DNA of 64,000 nucleotides. It comes from Macrostomum lignano (lineage: Eukaryota). This document shows positions 49,908 to 62,514 of the stretch, one piece after another. Position 1 is the stretch's first letter, and each line of letters opens with the position of its first letter. The DNA is taken from the NCBI GenBank assembly GCA_002269645.1, contig NIVC01000567.1, forward strand, positions 434,001 through 498,000, in the 5' to 3' direction. The position numbers and the translations under genes were made by a program. The notes under the pieces were generated by a model. The model saw only the letters and a program-made list of their open reading frames with translations. It did not search any database and was not told where the DNA came from.

Positions 49908-52900
49908 ATGTCCACTGCAACAACCGACACAACCCAGACGCCGAAGACTCGCGTCCTTAGCAACCGCTACCGCGTGGTTCGCCAAATTGGCAAAGGCGCT
50001 TTCGGCACGGTGCACCTTGTTGAAGATTTGCGCAGCTCGGAAGAGAAATTCAAAGTGCTGAAAGAAGTTCAAATTGGTGAAGTTGACCCGGATGAAACTC
50101 TGGAAGTTGTGCACGAGGCCAAGCTGCTTGGAAAGCTTGATCACTCAGCTATTCTGAAGTTTTACAATTGTTTTATGGGTAGGTTGGCTCATTAAGTATT
50201 TGTTTTCCTTTAAAAACAACTTTTCCCTGAAAAAAGATTGGGATTCCTCGTGGCAGTAAATTTTACAAACCGGTGGCCTTGAAATCGGGATTCCCGTTGA
50301 GCAATCTTTTAAATAGGATTTCCTCGCCATTCAGTAGCATGGAAAGTGAGATTTTTCATTTGATGACATTATGGGTGGACTTTTCCATTAAGTGACCTTG
50401 AAAGTGAGGATTCCCTTTTGAGTGAAATTAAAAGTAGCTAAGGATGGATTTTCGCTGTGTCCCTGAAAGTACGAGCCAGGATTTCCCGCTAAGTGACCTT
50501 GAAAGTACGATTTTCCGTCGAGCGACCTTGGAATCAGGAATTCCGTTGCGCGACCTTAAAAGTAGGATTCCCCGTTGAGCGACCTTGAAAGTAAAGGCTT
50601 TCCAGTAAAGTGACCTTGAAAGTAAAATTTTCCGGTAACCGACCTTGAAAGAATATAGGATTTCCTATTAAGCGACCTTGAAAGTATAGGATGGTTTTCA
50701 CTTGAGTGACCTTGAAAGAAATTTCCGCTTAATACGTTGAAAATGATTCCGCGTTAAGTGACCTTGAAAGTAGAATTTGACTGTCCACTTGTGGCCTCCG
50801 ATTTTTATTGATGCTTTTTTCGCCAAAAACAACACAGAACCGCCGTCGTTTTGCATCGTGACCGAGTACTGCGACGAAGGCGACCTGGACCAGTGCATCA
50901 GCCGTCTAAAGCAGGCAGGACACAACCTACCGGTGCAAACCACCATCCGATGGTTCATTCAAATCCTACTAGGCGTTGACTATTTGCACGGTCGACGGAT
51001 TTTGCACAGAGATTTGAAAACTAAAAACATATTTTTGAAAAGTGGTACAGTGAAAATTGGCGACTTTGGTATCTCAAGGGTGCTGATGAGCAACTCCGAT
51101 ATGGCGTCAACTTTTCTTGGCACGCCGTACTTTATGAGTCCGGAACTGCTCAAACATGAGGGTGAGCTGGGGAGGTCTGCGGCATGCCATCTACTTCCCC
51201 ATTCATTCTCTATTCTACCTCTATTCTTTCTCTATTCTCACTCCCTTCATTCTCTATTCCCACCTCCCTTCATTCTCTATTCTCACCTCCATTCATTCTC
51301 TATTCTCACCTCCATTCATTCTCTATTCTCACCGTTATTCATTTTCTATTCTCACCCCCATTCATTCTCTATTCTCACTCCCATTCATTCTCTATTCTCA
51401 CTCCCATTCATTCTCTATTCTCACTCCCATTCATTCTCTATTCTCACTCCCATTCATTCTCTTTTCTCACCTCCACTAATTCTCTATTCTCACTCCCATT
51501 TATTCGCTATTCTCACCCCCACTAATTCTCTATTCTCACTCCCATTCATTCTCTTTTCTCACCTCCACTAATTCTCTATTCCCACCAGTGTTGGGCAAGT
51601 TACTCAAAAAAAGTAACTTGCGTTACTGTAACTTAAGTTACCACTTTTTAAAAAGTAACTTACGTTAGCCTAGTAACTTTGAACAAAAACCCGGTAACTT
51701 TTAAGTTACTTCCGTTACTTACTTCCGTTACCTATGTTATTAACAAAATTTTCTGCTTTTTTTAACATTGCAAATGTGATGGAACAGCACAAATGATCGC
51801 GAAAGCCAGGAGGAAGAATACAACAACATTAATTTCAGTAACTGTATTAAATTTTAATCACTTTAGGCCCTTTCCGTAAAAAGAAGAGAAGCTGAAGGTC
51901 AGAAACGTTAAAGGCAAAACGCAATTTAATTTTTAATAACATTATAAGTTATAATACACAAGGACAACTTAACGTAACTTCAGTTGTCCTTGATAATACA
52001 TCGCTCGTAATAAGTATCTGGCTTTACTCCACTCTACAGTCTGCTTTACTAGTATTTTTATTTATTTTCAATTATTATCATTAATATTAAATTATTGTGC
52101 AGTGCAGTGCAGTGCCAGTGGACTTTAGTGGTGTAGCCAGGGAGGCCGCCTTAACAATCGTTGGGGCGGCAACTTCACCCCACCTGCAAGACACCCCACC
52201 TGGGGGGGTGGGGTTGGGCGTGGCGGGTACCAAAAACCATGAGGCGATTTGAGTGCCTGCGGCGCTTAAATGAGTGCCTGCGGCGCTTAAATAAGTGCTT
52301 GCGGCGCTAAAATGAGTGCCTGCGGCGCTAAAAGTGGCAATAACATGAGGCATGGCCAGCCAGGCCAACCCGCCCCCCCCCAATTAAAATTCCTGGCTAC
52401 GTCGATCACTGAGTGGATTTGTGGAGACTACAGATGAATTTCTTTCTTTGGTTGTTTGTTTCTAAGAACTAAACAAAATATTTTTATTAACTTAAAAACG
52501 AAAAGCAAAAATATTTTACCGAAAATAACAAAGTAAAAACATGTTTCAAGTATTTCTTTATTAATTACAGCGTAATACCGTATGATATTATTCACTTAGT
52601 TTTGAATTTAGGAATGAAAAATGCTAAAAATGTGACAACTGGCGTAATAGCTAAGCATATCAGTTTTAAATTTAAATATTGCGATTGTTGCAAAGTAACT
52701 GTAACGGACTTCCGAAATTTGAGTAACTTACCGTTACTCCGTTACCAAAATAGGAAAGTAACTTGCGTAAGGAACGCTTTACGAAAAAGTAACTTGCGTT
52801 ACCATTTACAAGTTACTCGGTAACGGAAGTGCCCAACACTGATTCCCACTCCCATTTATTCTCTATTCTCACCGTTATTCATTTTCTATTCTCACCCCCA

Positions 52901-55900
52901 TTCATTCTCTATTCTCACTCCCATTCATTCTCTATTCTCACTCCCATTCATTCTCTATTCTCACTCCCATTCATTCTCTTTTCTCACCTCCACTAGTTCT
53001 CTATTCCCACTCCCATTTATTCTCTATTCTCACCCCCACTAATTCTCTATTCTCACTCCCATTCATTCTCTATTTCCACCTCCATTAATTCTCTATTCTC
53101 ACCCCATTCATTCTCTATTTCCACCTCCATTAATTCTCTATTCTCACCCCATTCATTCTCTTTTCTCACCTCCATTCATTCTCTATTCCCACTCCCATTC
53201 ATTCTCTATTCTGACTCCCATTCATTCTCTATTTCCACCTCCATTAATTCTCTATTCTCACCCCATTCATTCTCTTTTCTCACCTCCATTCATTCTCTAT
53301 TCTCACTCCCATTCATTCTCTATTTCCACCTCCATTAATTCTCTATTCTCACCCCATTCATTCTCTTTTCTCACCTCCATTCATTCTCTATTCTCACTCC
53401 CATTCATTCTCTATTTCCACCTCCATTAATTCTCTATTCTCACCCCATTCATTCTCTTTTCTCACCTCCATTCATTCTCTATTCTCACTCCCATTCATTC
53501 TCTATTTCCACCTCCATTAATTCTCTATTCTCACCCCATTCATTCTCTATTTCCACCTCCATTAATTCTCTATTCTCACCCCATTCATTCTCTTTTCTCA
53601 CCTCCATTCATTCTCTATTCCCACTCCCATTCATTCTCTATTCTCACTCCCATTCATTCTCTATTTCCACCTCCATTAATTCTCTATTCTCACCCCATTC
53701 ATTCTCTTTTCTCACCTCCATTCATTCTCTATTCTCACTCCCATTCATTCTCTATTTCCACCTCCATTAATTCTCTATTCTCACCCCATTCATTCTCTTT
53801 TCTCACCTCCATTCATTCTCTATTCTCACTCCCATTCATTCTCTATTTCCACCTCCATTAATTCTCTATTCTCACCCCATTCATTCTCTTTTCTCACCTC
53901 CATTCATTCTCTATTCTCACTCCCATTCATTCTCTATTTCCACCTCCATTAATTCTCTATTCTCACCCCATTCATTCTCTTTTCTCACCCCATTCATTCT
54001 CTATTCTCACTCCCATTCATTCTCTTTTCTCACCTCCACTAATTCACTATTCCCACTCCCATTTATTCTCTATTCTCACCCCCACTAATTCTCTATTCTC
54101 ACTCCCATTCATTCTATTCTCACCTCCATTCATTCTCTATTCTCACCTCTATTCATTCTCTATTCTCACCTCTATTCATTCTCTATTCTCACCTCTATTC
54201 ATTCTTTTTTCTCACCTCCATTCATTCTCTCTTCTCATCCCATTCATTCTCTATTCTCACTCCCATTCATTCTCTACTCTCACCCAAATTCATTCTCTAT
54301 TCCCACCCGCCCCGACCTGTTCCAGGCTACAACGCCAAAAGCGACATTTGGAGTGTCGGCTGCATTCTATACGAGATGTGCGCCCTGGAGCACGCATTCA
54401 AAGGCGCTGGTCTGATGGGGATTCTATTCAGCATCTGTGGCAACCCCTGCCCGGTGATCCCAGACCGCTACCCTCCCGAGCTGCAGGCGGTTCTGGAGAA
54501 GATGCTAGCCAAAGATCCGCAGGACAGACTCAGCGCCAGAGAGGTGCTCAAAGAGCCGTTCGTACGCGAGCAGATGCAGAGCCTGCGCGAGGCTGTTGAG
54601 TCTCAGAGCGGCGGCAACCGGCAGCAGCAGCTGCTGATGGAGGAGACAATTAACGAAGCCGCAAGCAAAAACCTACTATCCGTGCTGCAGGAGAAACCAA
54701 CGCTCAACAGTCTGGAGTTCGAATCCCGAGCGATGGCGGCGGCCGCAGCGGCTGCCGCTGAAGTCACTCTGAAGCCCAACAGCGACACGGTCCGGCAGAA
54801 GGTCAAGGGACCCGGCCAGGCCGGTGGAGACTTCAATGCCCTCAGCCCGCACCAGAAGATGCTGTTGCGAAAGCAACGCGAGGCAGACGACCGCGCCAGA
54901 GAGCTGGCCACACAGGCCGCCGAGACGAGCCGTAGAAACGCCGAGCTGGCTAAGAAGTTCGGCAATCGGACTTTTCGACCGAGCGGCAGCGAAGGCAGAA
55001 CGGCGTTTCCTCAGCCGCAAGACGACCTGCCAGTGCGGAACCAACGCTTCTTGGAGGAGCAGCAGCAGCAGAGGCAACAGCAGAAGCACACCGCTTGGGA
55101 GTCGCATGACTACGAGCCTCGCCACAATGAAGGTCGCCGAGATTCTGAAGAAGACTATTACGGCAATGACGGGGATGACAGCGACGAGGAAGACGATCTG
55201 GTGCCTGCCAGTCTGGCTCGACGGCAGCCGACTCGGCCAACTGCCGTGGCTTCAAGCAGAGACGAGCGGCCCATCACGCCGATGAAAATTGACCTCTATC
55301 AGCAGATGAATCGGGCTGGCAGTTTTAAAGAGGCCGCCATGGAGAATGAAGAGCTGGCTGACACCTACTATCAGGTGCTGGACTAATTTTGATTTTAGTC
55401 ACTTTATATAGCATAGCATAGAATAGCATAGAACTTTATAGCGTAGAATTATTGGTGATAAGTCATAGAGATATGAAATCGACACTCCCCCAAAATTTTT
55501 AGAAAATCGGCAGAAAATTTTCGATAGTTTCCAAATATGTACAGGACCTGTCGCGACTGTCTTAGTCATTTTTTAGTTCATCTGCACTTGTCTCTGTTTA
55601 CTCTGTTTTCTCTCCGTATCTGTCTGGTTCAGTCTTGTTATTTTTCTCTCTCTCTATCCCTCGCTGCCTTCTGATTGGCTCTTCAATCTCGCCTCCTTGT
55701 CTTATCTACAAAGGGGGGGTGGAGTGCGCGATTGAGGAAAGAGACGAGATTGAAGAGCCAATCAGAAGGCAGCGAGGGATAGAGAGAAAAAATAACAAGA
55801 CTGAACTAGATAACAGAGAGGGAGAGATAACAGAGTAAGCAGAAACAAATGCATATGAACTAAGAAATGACTAAGAAAGTCGATTAGATAGCAATAACAA

Positions 55901-56847
55901 GATTAAACTGGGCAGAGAGGGAGAGGGATAAGAAAAGGAGGGGTGGAGTGCGCGATTAAGGAAAGAGGCGAGATTGAAGAGCCAATCAGAAGGCAGCGAG
56001 AGAGAGAGAGAGAGATAAGAATAACAAGACTGACTGAGAGGAAGAGAAACCTGGGTAAGCAGAGACGAGGTCAGATGAACTGAAGAGATGACTAAGCAAG
56101 TCGCGACTGAACTTTTCAAACCATTCTGACAAAAAATTCAAACAAATCAAAAGAAACTGATGTCATTTAATAGTGTCAAATTTCAAAACAAAATGACATT
56201 TAATTTTTTTATCTAATCGGCAATGAAAAAGTAAAAAAAAATTCTTACATCTACATCTTTTACATTTACATTTCATTTCATTTCATTTACATCTTTTACA
56301 TGAGGTTATACATGTAGCTACATTCAGGTCTACCTGGTTTCAGGATGGAAAATTGATGAGTGTACACTTTCGACAATGTAACTAGTCCACAAACATTGAT
56401 TGCGAACCGCCTCCATTGTCCCAAAAACAGGCCATGGCCGATTTCGAAGACGACTTCGACGACTACGAAGACGACGACGAAGACGACGTCCAGGTGACGC
56501 TGAAATTCGCTAAGGAGCTGGACGGTGCACTCGGCAGCGGTGGCCTCGGCGGCACCCGCGGCGGCCGGCTTGAAAGAACCTTCGAGAACCGGACAGACGT
56601 CGCCACCGAGCGGGTGTTTGGCCGGGAGGGTCGGGAGACGATGCTGCAGAAGCTGCGGGATCAGTGCCGGCATGCCGCTGAGCTCAACGGCTTCAGCTAC
56701 GATGAGGTGTACAGCTTCCTCAAAAAGAATTTGGACGCGTCCTACTCGGTGAAGTCGCAGGGTCTGCAGAGACTCACTGGCAATCAGATGTCGGCTGCGT
56801 TTCCTTTTGAGCAGCTGGTGTTTCTGGAGTCTGTTGACTCCGCGTGA
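49908..56847 (+). CDS. NEK11: NIMA-related kinase NEK11-like, ~686 aa
   Basis: Exons 49908-50178, 50838-51161, 54326-55374 and 56431-56847 (2061 nt, in frame). Kinase motifs: IGKGAFGTV, KVLKEV, HEAKLL, FCIVTEYC, ILHRDLKTKNIFL, KIGDFGISR, GTPYFMSPELLKHEGYNAKSDIWS. The C-terminal EVYSFLK...FEQLVFLE tail resembles NEK11. Confidence 0.9.
50390..50772. repeat. Degenerate ~35-40-bp repeat with (T/C)GACCTTGAAAGT core, NEK11 intron 1
   Basis: About 10 degenerate units. Confidence 0.8.
51586..52841. mobile_element. Non-autonomous hAT-type DNA transposon (MITE), 1256 bp
   Basis: Perfect 12-bp TIRs CAGTGTTGGGCA...TGCCCAACACTG. Perfect 8-bp TSD ATTCCCAC (51578-51585 and 52842-52849). Clustered subterminal GTAAC/GTTAC motifs at both ends. 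No transposase ORF. Inserted in the NEK11 intron 2 minisatellite. Confidence 0.9.
52126..52411. mobile_element. Small degenerate MITE nested in the hAT element (Tip100/Zaphod-like ends)
   Basis: Ends AGTGGTGTAGCCAGG...CCTGGCTACGTCGATCACTG. Near-TSD AGTGGACT/AGTGGATT (7/8). GC-rich island within an AT-rich host, with an internal ~21-bp repeat (TGAGTGCCTGCGGCGCT) x4. Confidence 0.55.
55627..55806. repeat. Inverted repeat / hairpin (~62-bp arms) in NEK11 intron 3, with a direct copy of the right arm at ~55940-56035
   Basis: 55627-55691 is the reverse complement of 55745-55806, apart from a 3-nt bulge in the CT tract. Confidence 0.9.
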
Positions 56848-57004
56848 GAGCATAACTGCGGGCTTGTGCTGACAGCATAACTGCGAGTCTTCTGCTGCCG
56901 CATCCATCACTGCTGGGCTGTGCGGCTCTTCGCTGCCTGCCGCTTCATGTTTGATAATGTACTCATTTTGTTAATCTGCTTTTAGTTTCAGTTCTGACCT
57001 GTCT

Positions 57005-58040
<1,036 letters not shown>

Positions 58041-59049
58041 CAATCAGTCGCCTTCAACCGGAGTCTTCATTCCTCTCTGTGACTTGAAATTTGCTCCGAC
58101 AGCACAGAACCAGTTTTCTTACTGTTTTTGTGTGTCTCCAAGGATTTCAGAATACTAGCTGTTTCACAATTTCCTTTCATTGGCACCAACTTTTTTATTG
58201 TTTTTAGCAAGCAATCAGTTCACATGCTGATAGTAGTGTAAATTGTGTTTGTTTTAATATTTGATATGTATCGAAAGTTGATTAGCCAGTTAGACGGACA
58301 ACACAGATAATCCCGATATTAAACCGTTTGATGTGACTCTGAACATTATCACAAAGACTGTTTTGTTTTGTTATAGCAATGGTCTCCAGTGTCAAGTTTT
58401 AAGTGCAGTTTATTCTGCGACGCCATCTATATCTATATTTACCAGAATGAGATAAGTTAAAAGTGCACTGAACTGCCGTTAACTGTGTGTAATAATTTTG
58501 AATATAATTTGCAAAGGAATCAACCATTTTTCCATTGCTACTTGTCAAACTCAAGTTTTCGATTTGAACGCATTCATAAAAGTGTTATAAATATAACAAA
58601 ATCGTCATCTTTTCGGTCCAAAAAGTCGTTCGACTGTAAATTATTGAAACTCATTAAAGAGACCTAAAATATAGGCAAATTTACTTATTTACCTTTGTGA
58701 AGTGTAAATTTGTTTTTGATTGATTAAGCAGTGAACCAAAAAAGTGTCTGTGGGGCTAAAGTTAGAATTAAAATTAAATTAAATTAAAGTACAGGTAAGC
58801 AGATGAAAAACAATTAAAGCCTGAATGTTACGCATTGGGTCATACGTTTTTTTAAATTTCACTGCCAGAGCTCTTCCGATCTACCAGTATGTACAATTGT
58901 ACATGTATGTATGTATATGTACCTGCTACTTAAACTGCTTATACTAACTACCTAATAAATCGTACAATTTTTATAGTATCAACAGAAAAAATGTGATAAA
59001 TTACCAGCATATGTCTGTGTTAGCGAGCGACAGCCCATCGCTCTCGCAG

Positions 59050-62038
59050 TCACGATGAGGCACTCAGGAACCTGTGCCGAAGCAGCTCCGCAGTGTCCGC
59101 TCGCTTCCTCGGGTCATAGTCTACGCACCTGAGGTAGAAGTCCTTCAGGCCGGCTGAGAACCCGTCCGCAATCCGAGGCATCTCCTGCCTTCTATCCCTC
59201 AGAATGCCAATATTTACACTTGGCTGGTTCCTATCAGGAGGCTGCATGGCCGTCATCTCAAACACCGTGCAGCCGAAGGCCCACACGTCGGTCTTGGCTG
59301 AGTATGGAAGCGATTGGACTTCTGTGTCGAACAGCTCCGGAGCTATGAAGTAGGTGGTGCCTTTTGGACCGAAGCCTGTGCTCAGACCGCTGCTCTTCCC
59401 GACCTCCTTGGCCAAACCGAAGTCGATCAGCTTGATGACGCCCTCGTTGGTGAGCATCACGTTGTTGCAGTTTATATCCCGGTGCAAGATGGCGCCCTCC
59501 AGATTGCAGTGCAGGAAGTTTAGACCTGAGCAGATCTGCAGATAAAGTTGCAACTATTAATTTTGGATGCCAACAAACTGATCCCACACTGATCCCACAC
59601 TGATCTCACACTGATCCCACACTGATCCCTCACCGATTCCACACTGATCCCAGGCTGATCCCACACTGATCCCACACTGATCCCACACTGATCCCTCACC
59701 GATTCCACACTGATCCCAGGCTGATCCCACACTGATCCCACACTGATCCCACACTAATCCCATACTGATCCCACACTGATCCCACACTGATCCCACCCAT
59801 TCCAGGCAATGCCAGGGAACCCAGAGACGCACCTGTCTGGAGAAGTCCCTGACCCCGGACTCCTTGAACGGCTTGTTCTGACGCTGCATCAGCTCAAAGA
59901 GGCTGTGACCCGAGACCAGCTCGGTGAAGATGTACAGCCCATCCGACTTCTGCTCGCACTTGAGGAACTGCACAATGTTGGGATGTGAAATTCGCTTGAG
60001 GATCTCAACTCCCCGCTTCTCCATCAGAATTATCTTCAGTTTCCCTGCAGCTTGCCTCGCATGGCTCAGTGGTAATTTTTTGACAGCCACCGTCTGGTTG
60101 CGGTCTGTGAGAGCCTTGTACACCTTGCCGAATCCACCACGGCCGATGAGCTGCTTCTTGTTGTCCTGCCGGATGAAGTCCCAGTCGGTGAAGTTGGGGT
60201 CCAGCTGCTTCCTGACGCTGAGAACATGAGGTGAAGGAATTCGTTAAATTTTGTGTGGCTTGGGGCTTTCTGAGTACTTTGGAGTCACTCAGCCTTCTGC
60301 GTCACCACCCTTCTGCGTCCCCACCATTCTGCGTCACCATATTTTAAGCGCGGACTCACCGAGTCTCCTCAGGCGGTTCCACCTCGGATGCCGAAGTCGG
60401 TCCAGGCGGCGGCTCGACGCGGTCCCGAGCTCGCGGGCGGGGACGCGGAGCTGCAGCTCTGTGGGGGCGAATGAGGGAAAATGTATGAGGGATTTTGCTA
60501 AATTTGTACTTAAATTCGACCTGAGTACGATGACTTAAATGACTTAAAGAGTAGAATGAAAGTATAACGATCTTTAAGCTACTCAAAATTTACTTGATCA
60601 CTTTCTCCACTCGTTCTCTGGCTGCTGACAAATTAAATGCTTTGTAGAAGTTCTCAGTCAGGACTCACCCAGCTGAGGCGGCAGTCGGCGCTGAGCTGCC
60701 AGCGGGAGGCCGAGAGGCTTCGAGCCGCCGCTGCGTGGAGGAAATCCAGGCCCGCTTTGCTGACCGGTCTGTGTAGCACCGCCGACTCTCAACAGCATCA
60801 GCCGGTGTTCTGCCCCACATGTTCATCAAGCTGAACATTTCGGCTCCGATTTGGTCAAAAATGAACTGAAGAGAGTCGACTGGCTGATGCTGAGCGGCCC
60901 AATGGACGACCGTGTCACCGTCTTTGTCAGGAACTGTGAGACAGTCGTTGCCGAGCTCCTTCACCAGCCACTTCAGATTTGAATTGTCAGAATTCATTGT
61001 AGCAATGTGAAATGCTGTTCTATCCCAGAATCCTTTCAGCCGAAAGCAGTCAGTTCCGATCTGTTTCTTGATCCACTCCAGCGACTCGACGCCCTGATGT
61101 ATAGCGGTCAAATGGACGGCCGTGCTACCGTATCTGTCAGGAACTGTGAGACAGTCGCTGTCGAGCTCCTTCACCAGCCACTCCAAATTTGAACCTTCAG
61201 ACTTCTGAGCAGCAAAATGAAATGATGCTGTACCACTGTTTGACTTTAGCCGAAAGCAGTCAGTTCCGATCTGTCTCTTGATCCACTCCAGTGACTCGAT
61301 GCCCTGATGCTTCTTGGCAAAATGGACGGCCGTGTCACCGTCTCTGTCAGGAACTGTGAGACAGTCGCTGCCGAGCTCCTTCACCAGCCACTCCAAATTT
61401 GAATTGTCAGACTTCTGAGCAGCAATGTGAAATGCTGTTCTATCACTCTTTGTCTTTAGCCGAAAGCAGTCAGTTCCAATCTGTCTCTTGATCCACTCCA
61501 GCGACTCGATGCCCTGATGCTGAGCGGCCAAATGGACCGCCATGTTACCATCTTTGTCAGGAACTGTGAGACAGTCCCTGCCGACTTCCTTCACCAGCCA
61601 CTTCAGACAAGAGTTGCTTTTTCTGTTCCCAGCGGCAAAGTGAGCGACTCTCTTTCCCCATCTATCGACAATTCTCAAGCAACCTCGGCCTCCCTTCTCT
61701 TTAACCAGCTTCATCCAAGACTCGTCCTGATGCTGGGCTGCTAAGTGAACTGGAGTCTCACCCCTATCATTTCTGAATTTCAGACAGTCGGGTCCGAATC
61801 TGTCAATCAGCAGCTCCAGGCACGACGAACTCACCGGCTTGCAGGCCACGTGATGGACCAGCGGCATTTTGCGAAGCTCTTCAAAAGGAAAGTCTTGCTT
61901 GTCGAACCCGCCCACCTCCAGCTCGATGTTGCTGCCGACCTCACCGCACAGTCGCTGCAGCTCCTCGCTGTCTCCAGCCTCCAGTGTCGCTCTGAGCTTC
62001 CGCTCCATCTCCATGGATACACTCCAAGCGTTCCCCAT
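59050..62038 (-). CDS. Ankyrin-repeat / MAP3K(STE11)-like protein kinase fusion, ~779 aa, predicted N-myristoylated (MGNAWS)
   Basis: Exons 62038-60669 (ankyrin repeats), 60458-60360 (Pro/Arg linker), 60217-59833 (IGRGGFGKVY, VAVKK, SHPNIVQF, IFTELVSG) and 59535-59050 (HRDINCNN, DFG, APE, DVWAFGC). Canonical gtgagt/gtgagt/gtgcgt donors and cag acceptors join in frame (2340 nt). Confidence 0.85.
59578..59793. repeat. 11-bp CCCACACTGAT repeat, ANK-kinase intron 3
   Basis: Direct inspection. Confidence 0.92.
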
Positions 62039-62514
62039 GCTGGCTTCTCCTAGCAGCGCTTCTCTGCCGATCTTCTGTCTGCCGCAGCTGTTCCACACGG
62101 CTTCAGACTGAGTGCTTTGCTCTTCTTCAAGCGAATTTGCCTGCCAGCTCAGCAGCAGCAGAAAAAGTCCCGCTGTCACGGACTGAAATCTCTGAGCTCT
62201 CCCTGTGCAGAGAAATTTGTTTAAATGGAGTTAAACAATGAGAGCTCACTGTGGCTGCGTGCTCGGCATAGCAAGTGCATTGTCAGTGGGCAGGGGTGAA
62301 GGGACGGCAGCTGAGACACGAGGGGAGAGAGAGATGGAGAGGGGAGGGAGGGCAGGGCTGAGGCCTTGATTCAAGCAGAGTTCTGTGATCATTTTCAATT
62401 TAGTTTGCAGATGAGATGCATGGCAAATATTTTTCTGAAAATGCTTGACTGAGGATTTTTCTGTTGCTGAATTCAAATGAAAGGAAAATTCCGCTTGGGT
62501 TTGCCACTGACACT

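Larger units (their letters stand above)
51200..54302. repeat. ~24-bp pyrimidine-rich minisatellite (CTCCCATTCATTCTCTATTCTCA) interrupted by the hAT MITE, NEK11 intron 2
   Basis: The array resumes in register after the TSD. Confidence 0.95.

Noticed and set aside
62039-62179. N-terminal extension MTAGLFLLLLSW... (GTG start, signal-peptide-like) of the ankyrin ORF
   Set aside because: Non-ATG start. The first ATG downstream of the acceptor at 62203 gives a myristoylation consensus and is the more parsimonious start, though an upstream coding exon is not excluded.
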